Assembly: GCA_963718615.1 (NCBI GenBank)
Contig: OY970368.1
Location: 3,776,001 to 3,840,000, forward strand
DNA length: 64,000 nucleotides
Source of the DNA: an uncultured cyanobacterium
GTDB taxonomy: Bacteria > Cyanobacteriota > Cyanobacteriia > PCC-9006 > JAAUQQ01
Direction of reading: 5' to 3'
In this document: piece by piece, positions 20,649 through 31,673 of the stretch
Layout: each line of letters opens with the position of its first letter
Position numbering within the stretch: the first letter of the stretch is position 1
The notes under the pieces: generated by a model
The model's input: only the letters and a program-made list of their open reading frames with translations
The model's database searches: none
Told to the model about the DNA's origin: nothing
Position numbers and translations under genes: made by a program

Positions 20649-21620
20649 TCAGACGCTGATGGCGACTTTTCCTTGCACTTGGCGCTGTTCCAGATAGCGA
20701 ATGGCGGCGGGAACTTCACCCAGGGAATAGTAGCGGTCGATGCAGGGGGTAATTTTACCGGTTTCAATCAGAGCTTTTAACGTCATCAAATCCGCTGGGT
20801 TGGGTTTTGAGACCAAAGACTTGACACGACGTTGACTCTTCCGAGTCATCCAGGCTCCAAACAACATCGCTTGAAAAAGCCGCACCGTAGACCCTCCGAC
20901 CACGACGTAGGTCCCCTCCGGTGTCAAGGCAGGCAGAAAATCAGCGCAGGAACGATAGGCGGCAGTATCCAGAATCAGGTCATACTGCTGCCCCGTTTGG
21001 GTGCAGTCAACCTGGGTGGAATCAATGACGTGGTCTGCACCGAGCGATCGCACCCTTTCCACTTTCTGGGTCCTGCAAACGCCCGTCACCTCAGCCCCAA
21101 ACGCTTTCGCAATTTGCACTGCAAAGGAGCCCACCCCGCCAGCGGCACCGTGGATCAACACCTTTTGCCCAGACTGAATTTGCCCCAGATCCCGCAGGCC
21201 CTGGAGAGCTGCAAGGGCAGACACCGGAACCGTTGCCGCTTCCTCGAAGGTGAGGGTGGTTGGCTTATAGGCCAAGGCTTTTTCAGGTACAGAAACATAT
21301 TCGGCAAACGCCCCAAAACCCACTTCGGACAGGTCCCCAAAGACCTCATCGCCGGGTCGAAACTGTGTCACATCTTTCCCAACGGCTTCAACCCGTCCGG
21401 CCATATCAGTGCCAAGGATCTGGATTTTGGGTTTGAGCAATCCTCCGAAGATCAAACGAATGAGAAACGGTTCTCCCCGCATAAGATGCCAGTCACCGGC
21501 ATGGATGGCAGTCCCATGGACGCGCACCAGCACCTGATTATCCTGAACGACGGGTTGATCGACTTCCTCTAATCTCAAGACATCCGGCGGGCCATATTGG
21601 GTTTGGACAATAGCTTTCAT
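20649..21620 (-). CDS. NAD(P)-dependent MDR alcohol dehydrogenase / quinone oxidoreductase-like protein
   Basis: MKAIV..YGPPDVL, GDEVFG, GAAGGVG, GKVAI. Confidence 0.9.
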   Translation of the reverse strand: MKAIVQTQYGPPDVLRLEEVDQPVVQDNQVLVRVHGTAIHAGDWHLMRGEPFLIRLIFGGLLKPKIQILGTDMAGRVEAVGKDVTQFRPGDEVFGDLSEVGFGAFAEYVSVPEKALAYKPTTLTFEEAATVPVSALAALQGLRDLGQIQSGQKVLIHGAAGGVGSFAVQIAKAFGAEVTGVCRTQKVERVRSLGADHVIDSTQVDCTQTGQQYDLILDTAAYRSCADFLPALTPEGTYVVVGGSTVRLFQAMLFGAWMTRKSQRRVKSLVSKPNPADLMTLKALIETGKITPCIDRYYSLGEVPAAIRYLEQRQVQGKVAISV

Positions 21621-21713
21621 TGAATTGACTTTTCCAAATTCAACTTATCACCGTAAGCTTAGCAGTTGTGACAGCATCCTAGTCTCCTGGTTACCCGTGA
21701 AGGAATGCTGCAC

Positions 21714-21742
21714 AAAAAAAGGGACGAGCGCTTGCCCATCCC
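21714..21742 (-). terminator. Intrinsic terminator after glsF
   Basis: Minus strand GGGATGGGC-AAGC-GCTCGTCCC followed by T7. Confidence 0.8.
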
Positions 21743-21810
21743 GATCGCAATTTATTCCAGGTTAGTTTAGACAGGTTAGTTCAGACGAGATCAGGCTAAT
21801 CGTTCAGCCC

Positions 21811-24800
21811 TTAAGCCGACGCCATCACCTTCGCCACCTCGGCATTGGCATAAGCTGATTCAGCTTCCGAAGGGGGAACCACCTGCCAGAACTGGGGCAA
21901 ATAGTTACTCCAGTTGGTTAGGATCTGCTTCGCCTTCAAGCTACCTGTATGGGCTGCATGCTGCGTGATCAACTCCTTGAGCTGCACCTCGCCTGCTGCT
22001 GTAATCACCCGCTGCACCTTGACAATTTCAGGATTCACCTTGGTTTGGAAGGAGCCATCCTCATCTAAGAAGTAGGCCAAACCGCCGGTCATCCCAGCCC
22101 CTACATTGCGACCCACTCGGCCTAGAACCACAATGGTGCCACCGGTCATGTATTCGCAACAGTGGTCGCCGGTTCCTTCTACAACCGCTTCGCCCTTGGA
22201 ATTTCGCACCGCAAAGCGCTCGCCGGCCCGACCATTGGCAAAGAGCTTACCCCCCGTGGCACCGTAGAGGCAGGTATTGCCGACGATGACGTTATCCGCT
22301 GCCGCGTAGCCTGCATCAACAAAGGGCTTGATGACGATTTCGCCGCCGTTCATCCCCTTGCCCACGTAGTCATTGGCCTCACCCACTAGGGTCAGGGTCA
22401 TGCCAGCCAAGTTGAAGGCACCAAAGCTTTGACCCGCAGCACCTGTAAACGTCAGGTCGAGTTTGCCTTGGAATCCAGTATTGCCATAGCGTTGGGCAAT
22501 GACCCCTGCGACGCGGGCACCTGTGGTTCGGTCAGTGTTGATGATTTTGTAGGTTTTGGCGATCGCCCCCTGTCCCCCAATTGCCGCCTGAATCTCCGCA
22601 TCCGCCAACAGGTCGTCATCCAACACCGGCCCGTTGCTGTGAACCCCCGGATGGGAGAGCCAGCTCCGGTTCGTTGTAGAATCGGGCATGTGAGTGGTCA
22701 TGCAATCAAGATTGAGCATCGCCGTTTTGCTGAGCTCTACCTCAGCACGGGGTACCAGCAGATCGGCGCGACCGATGATGTCTTCTAGGTTGTGATAGCC
22801 CAGGGTGGCGAGAAGTTGCCGGACTTCTTGACCAATAAACAGGAAGAAGTTGACCACGCGATCGGGAATGCCAGGGAAGCGTTTGCGTAGATCTTCCCGC
22901 TGGGTTGCGACCCCAACCGGGCAGGTGTTCATGTGACAGACGCGGGCCATGATGCAGCCTTCGGCGATCATCGCGATCGATCCAAAGCCAAATTCCTCTG
23001 CACCCATAAGCGCCCCCATCACTACGTCCCAGCCGGTTTTGAAACCGCCATCGACCCGCAGCAGGACGCGATCGCGCAGACCATTGGTCATCAACACTCG
23101 ATGGACTTCCGTCAGACCCAATTCCCAGGGACCCCCCGCATGTTTAATCGAGCTCAGCGGTGACGCACCGGTACCGCCATCGTGACCGGAAATCTGGATG
23201 ACATCGGCGTTCGCCTTGGCGACGCCAGCGGCGACGGTACCGATGCCAATTTCCGAGACGAGTTTGACTGAAACCGCTGCCTTGGGATTGATCTGGTGCA
23301 AATCAAAGATCAATTGGGCCAGATCTTCGATGGAGTAAATGTCGTGGTGGGGCGGCGGCGAAATCAGCGTGACACCGGGCTTAGAGTTGCGCAGGTAGGC
23401 AATGTAGTCGCTGACTTTAATGCCAGGAAGTTGCCCCCCTTCGCCGGGTTTGGCCCCTTGGGCGATTTTGATTTCTAGCTGTCGGGCACTCATCAGGTAT
23501 TCCGGCGTGACGCCAAACCGTCCCGAGGCAATTTGTTTAATCGCCGAGCTGGCGGTATCGCCTACTTTCAAGCCATTAAGGTGGGGCAGCGCGGGGGAGT
23601 GACCTTCGCTGTCTACGTCATGGAGCACTTGGAACCGCACCGGGTCCTCGCCGCCTTCGCCGGAGTTGGATTTGCCGCCGAGACGATTCATGGCGATCGC
23701 CAACACCTCATGGGCCTCCCGCGAGAGGGAACCGAGGGACATCCCGCCGGTACAGAAACGCTTGACAATATCCGCGACGGATTCGACTTCTTCTAGGGGA
23801 AGGGGGGGGCGATCGCTCTCAAACTCCAGCAAATCCCGCAGGGCCGTGGGTGTCCGACCTACCAAGTAATTCTTATAAATCTCGTAGTGGTCTGCATTAC
23901 TGGGGTTTTCCACCGCCTTGTGGAGCGCCTTGGCCATGGGGCCAGAGTTCATGTGATACTCGCCGCCTTTTTTGTACTGGACAAAGCCAAAGTTCTCCAG
24001 CTTTTTCTGCTCCAGTTCCGGGAAGGCGCGGGCGTGGAATTGCAGGGTTTCCTGGGCTAAGTCGGCGATGCTCAGTCCGCCCAGACGAGAGGCCGTCCCC
24101 CGGAAGCCCAGCTCTAGCAAATCAGGGCCAATGCCGATGGCCTCAAAAATCTGCGCCGCCTGATAGCTGGCCAAGAGTGAAATCCCCATTTTCGAGAGAA
24201 TCTTGAGCAAGCCCGCTTCGACGGATTTCTTGAAGTTGTATTGGGCACCTTCCAGCGTCGCAACCCCCAGGGTGCCGTTTTCCAGCGCCGTTTGGGTTTT
24301 CTTGCTGTGCCACCAGTGGCGAACACTTTCTAGGGCCAGATAAGGACAGACGGCGCTCGCACCGTAGCCAATCAAACAGGCAAAGTGATGGGTGCTCCAA
24401 GCCTGGGCCGTTTCGACCACGAGGGAGGTTTTCATCCGTAGCCCCTGCTGGATCAGATGGTGGTGGACTGCGCCAACGGCGAGCAGCGGGGGAATGTAGG
24501 TTTCGTCTGCGCCGACGCGGGTGTCGTGGCGATCGCTCAAAATCAAAATTTCCTGACCCGCTTTCACCGCCGCCACCGCCGAGGCACAGAGCGCTGCAAC
24601 GGCCTTTTGTAACCCAGCGGTCCCCTGGGTGAGGGTATAAATCGTCGACAGATTGGCCACCGCAAATCCAGACTGGCGGAGCTGAAGCAACTCTGCCTCG
24701 TTCAAAAACGGCGTCTCTAGCTTGAGCAACCGGGCATCTTCCGGTCCCATTTCCAGCAGATTATGCCGTCGGCCTAGGCTCATCTCCAAGGACATCACCA

Positions 24801-26466
24801 GACTTTCCCGCAGGGGGTCAATCGGTGGATTCGTCACCTGGGCAAACCGCTGTTTGAAATAGTCGTAGAGCAGACGCGGCTTCGTCGAGAGTACCGCCAG
24901 GGGAATGTCATCCCCCATGCAGAACGTCGGCTCCTTACCACTCTCCGCCATAGAATTAATCACCATGTCCACATCTTCAGCGGTAAAGCCAAAGGCGGTT
25001 TGTTGGCGCAGGAGTTCGGTTTCAGCCAGTTGGCGCTCTCCCGCAAATCCCTGAGTGACCAGACTCTTGCGTCCCAACCGCAGCCATTCCCCATAGGGCT
25101 GCGCCGCCGCCACCTGCTGTTTCACATCCCAATTGCGCAGGACTTGGCAAGTCGTCAGATCAAAGGCAATCATCTGCCCCGGTCCCAAACGACCCTTTTC
25201 GATGATTTCGCTATGGGGCAAATCGACGACCCCAGCCTCAGACCCCACGGAAATATAGCCATCGCGGGTAATGCTGTAGCGAGCCGGACGCAAACCATTG
25301 CGATCTAGCGTCGCCCCAACGATTTTGCCATCGCAGAACGACAGCAAGGCGGGACCATCCCAGGCCTCCTGTAGCCCACTGTAATACTCGTAAAAATCAG
25401 TGATTTCGGGGTAATTCGCTAAATCCGGCTGATTGCGAAACGCCTCAGGGACCAAAATCATCAACGACTCTACCGGACTCCGACCCGATCGCACCAAGAG
25501 TTCCAGGGAATTGTCTAGATTGGCCGAATCGCTACTCTCGGCATTGACGATGGGCAGCAATTCTTGAATGCGATCGCCCCAACAGGAATGGGCCAGATCC
25601 GCCTGCCGCGCCGTCATCCAGTTGATATTGCCCAGGAGCGTATTAATTTCACCGTTGTGCCCCAACAACCGCATGGGCTGAGCTAAGGGCCACTTGGGCA
25701 TCGTGTTCGTGCTAAAGCGACGGTGATAGACCGCATAGGCACTGGTGTAGTGGGGGTTCTGCAAATCCAGATAAAACTCGCCCAGGACCGCCGATCGCAC
25801 CATGCCCTTATAGACAATCGTGCGACTGGAGAAGGAGCAAAAATAGAAATCTTGCAAGAAGTCATCACAGCCGTCTGCGGGACAGCGATCGCGTGCGCCC
25901 TTCTCGATGTGCTTGCGCAGTTGATAGAGCGATCGCTCCAGCTCATCCCCCGTCACCCCCAACGCCGCTGCATCGACAATGACTTGCTCAATTTGGGGCA
26001 GGTTTTCACGGGCTTGAATGCCCAGGACTTCCGGGTTGGTGGGGAGCGATCGCCAACCCAACAGCGTCATCCCCAACGCCTGGACCTCATCCGCGACAAT
26101 TTGCTTCGCCAGGGCCATCGCTGCATCATCCTGGGGCAAAAAGACCATCCCAACCCCCACTGTTTCGGGGTTCAGCGTCACCCCCGCCGCCACCGCCCAA
26201 TCCCCCAGCAGCGTCCAGGGCAAGGCCGTCATAATCCCGGCCCCATCCCCCGAATCCTGATCCGCGCTACAGCCCCCCCGGTGTTCCATGCAAGACAGTG
26301 CAATCAGGGTTTTTTGCACCAGATCGTGGCTAGCACGGCCCTGCTGATCGGCAATAAATCCGACCCCGCAGGCATCCCGCTCTTCCACCAGCCACCGCTG
26401 ACCGCCATAGCCTGCTGCTGAACTCTTGTGATGAACCCGGCTGTCATTCATGCTTTTCTTCACCAT
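21811..26466 (-). CDS. glsF: Ferredoxin-dependent glutamate synthase (Fd-GOGAT)
   Basis: [10 protein letters not shown]-terminal nucleophile Cys, [28 protein letters not shown] 3Fe-4S motif; no gltD nearby. Confidence 0.95.
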   Translation of the reverse strand: MVKKSMNDSRVHHKSSAAGYGGQRWLVEERDACGVGFIADQQGRASHDLVQKTLIALSCMEHRGGCSADQDSGDGAGIMTALPWTLLGDWAVAAGVTLNPETVGVGMVFLPQDDAAMALAKQIVADEVQALGMTLLGWRSLPTNPEVLGIQARENLPQIEQVIVDAAALGVTGDELERSLYQLRKHIEKGARDRCPADGCDDFLQDFYFCSFSSRTIVYKGMVRSAVLGEFYLDLQNPHYTSAYAVYHRRFSTNTMPKWPLAQPMRLLGHNGEINTLLGNINWMTARQADLAHSCWGDRIQELLPIVNAESSDSANLDNSLELLVRSGRSPVESLMILVPEAFRNQPDLANYPEITDFYEYYSGLQEAWDGPALLSFCDGKIVGATLDRNGLRPARYSITRDGYISVGSEAGVVDLPHSEIIEKGRLGPGQMIAFDLTTCQVLRNWDVKQQVAAAQPYGEWLRLGRKSLVTQGFAGERQLAETELLRQQTAFGFTAEDVDMVINSMAESGKEPTFCMGDDIPLAVLSTKPRLLYDYFKQRFAQVTNPPIDPLRESLVMSLEMSLGRRHNLLEMGPEDARLLKLETPFLNEAELLQLRQSGFAVANLSTIYTLTQGTAGLQKAVAALCASAVAAVKAGQEILILSDRHDTRVGADETYIPPLLAVGAVHHHLIQQGLRMKTSLVVETAQAWSTHHFACLIGYGASAVCPYLALESVRHWWHSKKTQTALENGTLGVATLEGAQYNFKKSVEAGLLKILSKMGISLLASYQAAQIFEAIGIGPDLLELGFRGTASRLGGLSIADLAQETLQFHARAFPELEQKKLENFGFVQYKKGGEYHMNSGPMAKALHKAVENPSNADHYEIYKNYLVGRTPTALRDLLEFESDRPPLPLEEVESVADIVKRFCTGGMSLGSLSREAHEVLAIAMNRLGGKSNSGEGGEDPVRFQVLHDVDSEGHSPALPHLNGLKVGDTASSAIKQIASGRFGVTPEYLMSARQLEIKIAQGAKPGEGGQLPGIKVSDYIAYLRNSKPGVTLISPPPHHDIYSIEDLAQLIFDLHQINPKAAVSVKLVSEIGIGTVAAGVAKANADVIQISGHDGGTGASPLSSIKHAGGPWELGLTEVHRVLMTNGLRDRVLLRVDGGFKTGWDVVMGALMGAEEFGFGSIAMIAEGCIMARVCHMNTCPVGVATQREDLRKRFPGIPDRVVNFFLFIGQEVRQLLATLGYHNLEDIIGRADLLVPRAEVELSKTAMLNLDCMTTHMPDSTTNRSWLSHPGVHSNGPVLDDDLLADAEIQAAIGGQGAIAKTYKIINTDRTTGARVAGVIAQRYGNTGFQGKLDLTFTGAAGQSFGAFNLAGMTLTLVGEANDYVGKGMNGGEIVIKPFVDAGYAAADNVIVGNTCLYGATGGKLFANGRAGERFAVRNSKGEAVVEGTGDHCCEYMTGGTIVVLGRVGRNVGAGMTGGLAYFLDEDGSFQTKVNPEIVKVQRVITAAGEVQLKELITQHAAHTGSLKAKQILTNWSNYLPQFWQVVPPSEAESAYANAEVAKVMASA

Positions 26467-27297
26467 GGGATGGTCCGAAACAATGTGATTTTCTAGGTAA
26501 TAAACCTTCTAGTCTTAGGTCTAGAAAGAAGCTAAAAAGGAACAAGAAGCCTATCGATTTTTTGGAAAAGCCAACGATGGGAGATCTTCTGAGATCTTTC
26601 TTAAAAAATCCACCCAAGGCTCAAACCAGCGATTAGGATACAAACGGTACTGAACCGGTCCTGAATGAGTACTGACTGAAATGAGTCAGCAATACGCCCC
26701 TCTTGAGTATTAAACTGGGCGCTCGACCTCACTGTAAGCTAGGCCAGTAAGCACTTCCGCATCAATCCCGACCGTTGAGGCCAAAAGCGGCGATACAAAA
26801 AACGACACAAAAGTGATGCCGTCGGGCGATCGCGGCAGCGCTGGCAACCCAAGAATCCAGTTGGTCAAACCAGTTGGGCAAAATATTAGCGATGGGCAAA
26901 TTGAGGATTTTAGATCTCTCTTTCAATCATAGACAAAACAACCTGAGCCGGGCTATTTTGCTTCAGGATTGACCTCGGACTCTAATATTTTTCAACGGGT
27001 TTTCGATTGACGTAAGGGAAAAAATCATATCGGAAATTCCTGCGGCTGACAATGCGGCAAAATCCCACGGAGATATCACAAAGCAATGGGGTGAATCCCG
27101 TGCCTAAGAACTTTCAGGGCTTGAGCGTCGTCATCCCGAAACAGCCCTCCGTAGCTTTGACATTGGCAATGGTACGAAACCCTACAGACAAGACTTTGAT
27201 TCGCCCCATAGAAGATTTCAGTCCAGTCGACTACATTGAACGCTCCTGCCAGGGGTCTCTGTCCAGGAATGCTCGTTTACCGCTAGTGAGATACCGT

Positions 27298-28962
27298 ATG
27301 GTGCGTTTTGGTTTTGGCATCGTTTCGGCGATCTTTGCAAGCCTCCCCTTAGCCGCTTGGGGGCAATCGCAACCCGATTCGGCTCCGGATTCCACTTTGT
27401 CTCCGTCTAATTCTTCGAGTCCTGACGCTTCTTCCCCGCCTGCCAAACCACCCCTGACCTTTCCGTTGCGACCCTTGACGCCAACCCCAGGCAGCAACAG
27501 CAATCAGGTGGTGGTCAATGGTATTCGCTTTGCGATTCCCTGGACCCAGGGAGGGAGCAAGTTCTGGGGCCTGAGCGACACGGGCATAGAACAGCTCGGC
27601 GGCATTGAATTACTCAACAGCGATGATCCAGCTATTCAGCCGATTATCTGGAAAAGTGGCCTATTTCAGGAAAATGGACTCTTTTTGGAGCTTCCGGCAG
27701 AGCAAACGGGCCAAGTTCGCTATCTCAATCTTCAGCCCCTCATCGATCAGGCCGGTTGGACCCTTCAGCGCCAGGGCAACCTGCTGCAAATTCAGACGCC
27801 CTCAATTTTGCACACCGTCAATCTTTTACCCGGTCATTCTCAGCGCCCGTCCTTTAGCCCTCGCCAAATTACCTGGGCTAAGGGCCTGCAATGGATCCAG
27901 AGCTATCAGCGGGTCGGTGGAGCCGAGTTTCCGGTCACACAAGTCCAGATCGACCTCCAGGAGCCAGGACTGCAACTTCGGCCTATTTGGTCAGATGAAG
28001 CCAATCTAGTGGGAATTAGCCGATTGGATGCCACGGTTGCACAGCAGGAGGCCGCCGTCGGGATTAATGGAGGCTTTTTTAATCGCAACAACAAAACACC
28101 GCTTGGGGCGATTCGTCGAGACGGAGAGTGGGTTTCCGGTCCAGTCCTCAACCGGGGGGTAATGGGATGGAATGCAGCAGGCCAAATCGTCATGGACCGG
28201 CTCATTTTGCAAGAAACCCTCACCACACCAACGGGAACCTTTGCAAGCATTGCCCTCAACAGCGGCTATGTCAAAGCCGGTTTTTCTCGGTACACACCGC
28301 TCTGGGGCAAGACCTATACGCCTTTGACAGACAATGAAGTGCTGATTTATGTCGAGACGGAGGGAGAGGGCGATCGCCTCGGTCGCGTCGTGGAACAACG
28401 TCTCACCGGCAAAGCCGGAACCGAAAGCTTCCCCATTTTGTCGAGCACCTTGTCCAGAACCCTCTCCCAGAGCGGTCAAGGCTATCTCCTCGTAGCCCGC
28501 TCCAATCGCACCGGAGCCGCCCAATTCCCCATAGGCACCACGGTTCAACTCAGCCAGCAGCTCTCTTCTAGCCATCTCAGCCGGTTTCCTGAAATTTTGG
28601 GAGCAGGTCCCCTTCTCCTCCAAAACCGACGGGTGGTTCTAGATGCCAAGGCCGAAGGCTTTAGTCCAGCGTTCATCCGTGAACAGGCCCCCCGCAGCGT
28701 TGCCGCAGTCTTTCCCAATGGACGTTTTTCCCTAATCACCGTTCATGAACGCATTGGAGGTAAAGGACCAACCTTGGCCGAGTTAGCTCGTCTTCTGCAA
28801 GCCATGGGAGCCGTACAGGCCCTCAATCTGGATGGGGGCAGCTCAACCCAACTGATTCTGGGAGGCCAAATGATCAATCGCCCTCCTAGCACTGCCGCAC
28901 GCGTTCACAACGGACTCGGTGTGTTCTTGCCCCAGACAGTCCCCTCCGAGGCTCTCCCGTAA
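27298..28962 (+). CDS. Phosphodiester glycosidase (NAGPA/DUF2233) family exported protein
   Basis: INGGFF, GAGPLL, APRS, ALNLDGGSS; signal-like N-terminus from ATG 27298. Confidence 0.85.
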   Translation: MVRFGFGIVSAIFASLPLAAWGQSQPDSAPDSTLSPSNSSSPDASSPPAKPPLTFPLRPLTPTPGSNSNQVVVNGIRFAIPWTQGGSKFWGLSDTGIEQLGGIELLNSDDPAIQPIIWKSGLFQENGLFLELPAEQTGQVRYLNLQPLIDQAGWTLQRQGNLLQIQTPSILHTVNLLPGHSQRPSFSPRQITWAKGLQWIQSYQRVGGAEFPVTQVQIDLQEPGLQLRPIWSDEANLVGISRLDATVAQQEAAVGINGGFFNRNNKTPLGAIRRDGEWVSGPVLNRGVMGWNAAGQIVMDRLILQETLTTPTGTFASIALNSGYVKAGFSRYTPLWGKTYTPLTDNEVLIYVETEGEGDRLGRVVEQRLTGKAGTESFPILSSTLSRTLSQSGQGYLLVARSNRTGAAQFPIGTTVQLSQQLSSSHLSRFPEILGAGPLLLQNRRVVLDAKAEGFSPAFIREQAPRSVAAVFPNGRFSLITVHERIGGKGPTLAELARLLQAMGAVQALNLDGGSSTQLILGGQMINRPPSTAARVHNGLGVFLPQTVPSEALP

Positions 28963-29124
28963 ACTGCTTAACGCCCAGGGGAGAGAAAACATTTCGGAAA
29001 ATTTAGATACTAGTTTTCACGGAATTGGGTTAAGAGTCCTTGAAGTGTTTGAGCAGTTTGGTAAAGAGTCAGTACAGTTAGGGGTTTTGCCGTTTCATCT
29101 CCCCATCAAGAAGGCCACAATAGC

Positions 29125-29181
29125 GGGGAAGCAGGTTGAGCCTGACGGCACCCACATCAGTCATCCCAAACCTGCTTTCTC
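29125..29181 (+). promoter_or_regulatory. Structured 5' leader hairpin upstream of the cupin gene
   Basis: GGGGAAGCAGGTT/AACCTGCTTTCTC 13-bp outer stem (two G-U), inner stem around GGCACCCAC. Confidence 0.5.
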
Positions 29182-29224
29182 ACCTTTATTCTTGCTCATA
29201 CAGACCTTACTAAGGAGTCCTTCC

Positions 29225-29635
29225 GTGGTTCAAGCGCAAACCGTTCCGACCTCTCCCAAGCTGGTTCTCCCTGCTGTTGCACCGGGCACGATCGCAGCCA
29301 CCGAGCTGCGCCCCTGGGGCTCATTCACCATTTTGGAAGAAGGACGCGGCTATAAAATCAAGCGTATTGAAGTGAAGCCTGGACATCGCCTCAGCTTGCA
29401 AATGCATCACCACCGCAGCGAGCATTGGATTGTTGTCTCAGGGACCGCACGGGTCACCTGTGGCGATGAGAACAAGTTGCTGAGTAGCAACCAATCCACC
29501 TATGTTCCCGCTTGCACGCCCCATCGCCTTGAGAATCCAGGCGTTCTGCCCCTCATTCTGATCGAGGTCCAAAACGGAGAATATTTGGGGGAAGATGACA
29601 TCGTTCGCTATCAAGATGATTATTCTCGGGAGTAA
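29225..29635 (+). CDS. Mannose-6-phosphate isomerase type II C-terminal cupin protein
   Basis: RPWG, LSLQMHHHRSEHW, HRLEN, EVQNGEYLGEDDIVR; AGGAG then GTG at 29225. Confidence 0.9.
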   Translation: MVQAQTVPTSPKLVLPAVAPGTIAATELRPWGSFTILEEGRGYKIKRIEVKPGHRLSLQMHHHRSEHWIVVSGTARVTCGDENKLLSSNQSTYVPACTPHRLENPGVLPLILIEVQNGEYLGEDDIVRYQDDYSRE

Positions 29636-29864
29636 ATCCTCTTTAGCCCCTAGGGAAAAAGTTGAGCCATGAGTTGAGCCATGAGTTGATCCCTGGGGTG
29701 TTTTAGAAATCTTTCTGCCTTTTCTTGTCCACGAATCGGTTACAGTCCGTAGCCAACTCGTGGATTTTTAGGTTGATGAGGACATTGGTTTAGGCACGGT
29801 CCAGGCTTTATGATGCAAGGGCCTGATTGCTCTCTTACTCACCATAATCAACGCAAGAAACACC

Positions 29865-30257
29865 GTGGTCCAGGTTAGCCCAGCAGCTCAACAAGAATTA
29901 CTGCGCCTTTGCCGACGCAAGCTGGCGCAACGCGATGCTTCTCTCGATATTGCGATCGCCCCCGTTCGCTTGGCGATCGCCCCTGGAGGCTGCAAAGGTC
30001 ACCAATACCAACTCGACATCGGCGTCCAGCCTCAGCCCGAAGACCACGTCACGATTTACCAACCCTCTCCTAAAACATCTTCCTCTAGAAACTCATCTAA
30101 GACAGCACTACAAATTCTTGTACATCCCAAAGATTGGGACTGGCTAGAAACCGTTATTCTTGACTATAGTGAAGATCTGATGGGGGGCAACTTTCGATTC
30201 GTGAATGCCAAGCTGCCTGCGGCCTGTAGCTGTGGTCAGTCCTTTACGCTTCCCTAG
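29865..30257 (+). CDS. HesB/IscA-family Fe-S cluster assembly accessory protein
   Basis: GGCKG, DYSEDLMGGNFRF, CSCGQSF. Confidence 0.85.
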   Translation: MVQVSPAAQQELLRLCRRKLAQRDASLDIAIAPVRLAIAPGGCKGHQYQLDIGVQPQPEDHVTIYQPSPKTSSSRNSSKTALQILVHPKDWDWLETVILDYSEDLMGGNFRFVNAKLPAACSCGQSFTLP

Positions 30258-30417
30258 GAGAGCTTCCCCTAGGAGACTTCACCTCGATACCCCTCTATCC
30301 CAATCCCATTCCACAACAGGAACCGTTTCAGCAAATCATTGACAGATGAGCGCTTGATACGATACACCTAGAGATTGGAAATTTGAGCCAAAACGCCAGT
30401 TATTCTTACCCTAACCA

Positions 30418-30792
30418 ATGCCTACTATTCAGCAGCTCATTCGAGACGAGCGCCAAAGCCTAACTAAAAAGACCAAATCCCCAGCCCTGAAAAGTTGTCC
30501 TCAGCGTCGCGGAGTGTGTACTCGCGTTTACACAACGACGCCGAAGAAACCCAATTCAGCGCTTCGGAAAGTGGCGCGTGTCCGTTTGACCTCTGGATTT
30601 GAAGTCACTGCCTATATCCCTGGCATTGGTCATAATCTACAAGAACACTCTGTTGTGATGATTCGCGGGGGTCGGGTCAAGGATCTTCCTGGGGTTCGTT
30701 ACCATATTATTCGCGGCACACTTGACACCGCTGGCGTAAAGGATCGCCGTCAAGGTCGTTCGAAGTACGGGGCTAAACGGCCTAAACAATAG
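30418..30792 (+). CDS. rpsL: 30S ribosomal protein S12
   Basis: [24 protein letters not shown]. Confidence 0.99.
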   Translation: MPTIQQLIRDERQSLTKKTKSPALKSCPQRRGVCTRVYTTTPKKPNSALRKVARVRLTSGFEVTAYIPGIGHNLQEHSVVMIRGGRVKDLPGVRYHIIRGTLDTAGVKDRRQGRSKYGAKRPKQ

Positions 30793-31073
30793 GGGTTCGT
30801 CAGGCATTAATCCTTCGACACAAACCAGACGACGCAAACCAGACGTATCTGAGCCCCTCAGCCTATCGGGATCGGCAGTGTTGCACAACGCCATAGGCCG
30901 CTTCAGGAATCCCCCTCAAAGCTTTGATTGCAGCTCGATTACAGCTTTAGTGGGCAGGGCTTCTAGGGGATGGGTGCAGTGGGCGATCGCCCAAGCACAC
31001 CACCCTCATCAATGCTCTCCCACAGTCTGCCCAAAAACTCAACAATTGACTGTTACCTTAGGAACTTTTTGTT

Positions 31074-31544
31074 ATGTCTCGCCGTACCCGTGCACCCAAG
31101 CGACAGGTCCAACCCGATCCCGTCTACGGCAGCCGCCTTGCCAGCATGATTGTGGCTCGCCTTATGAAGAGCGGCAAGCGTTCGATCGCGTTTCATATTC
31201 TCTATGACGCCTTCAAACTGATTGAGGAACGGACAGGCGGCGAACCCGTAGAAATTTTTGAAAAAGCCGTTCGGAACGCAACCCCCCTCGTAGAAGTTCG
31301 AGCCCGTCGCGTAGGTGGTGCCACCTACCAAGTCCCCATGGAAGTGAGACCCGAACGGGGCACAGCGATGGCCCTACGTTGGTTAGTCCAGTTCTCCCGC
31401 CAGCGTCCCGGTAAAAGCATGGCGATCCGCCTAGCCAACGAACTCATGGATGCCGCCAATGAAACTGGTAACGCCATTCGCCGTCGCGAAGAAACTCACC
31501 GGATGGCAGAGGCCAACAAGGCATTTGCTCACTATCGTTACTAA
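31074..31544 (+). CDS. rpsG: 30S ribosomal protein S7
   Basis: [24 protein letters not shown]. Confidence 0.99.
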   Translation: MSRRTRAPKRQVQPDPVYGSRLASMIVARLMKSGKRSIAFHILYDAFKLIEERTGGEPVEIFEKAVRNATPLVEVRARRVGGATYQVPMEVRPERGTAMALRWLVQFSRQRPGKSMAIRLANELMDAANETGNAIRRREETHRMAEANKAFAHYRY

Positions 31545-31673
31545 GGCCCCTGACCGAGACACCTTAAGACAGGGCACAATATTGGGCCTTTACCCCTATC
31601 GGTGTTCTCGGTCGTTCGCCCGCGTGTTGAGCTCATCTCGATAGGCTTAACCGCAACTTTGAAGGAGGAAGCT

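Noticed and set aside
26690-26800. Possible glutamine riboswitch upstream of glsF (CGGAAGT on the minus strand)
   Set aside because: The flanking CGTT...GAAGGAACG P1 elements are absent
28919-29224. N-terminal extension of the cupin ORF in the track (also extended starts for fusA, rnhB, pheA, DUF4079 and the 27052 ORF)
   Set aside because: Family motifs, and in several cases an SD, support downstream starts
30878-31207. 109-aa ORF in the rpsL-rpsG spacer
   Set aside because: Overlaps rpsG out of frame, no RBS, no motifs
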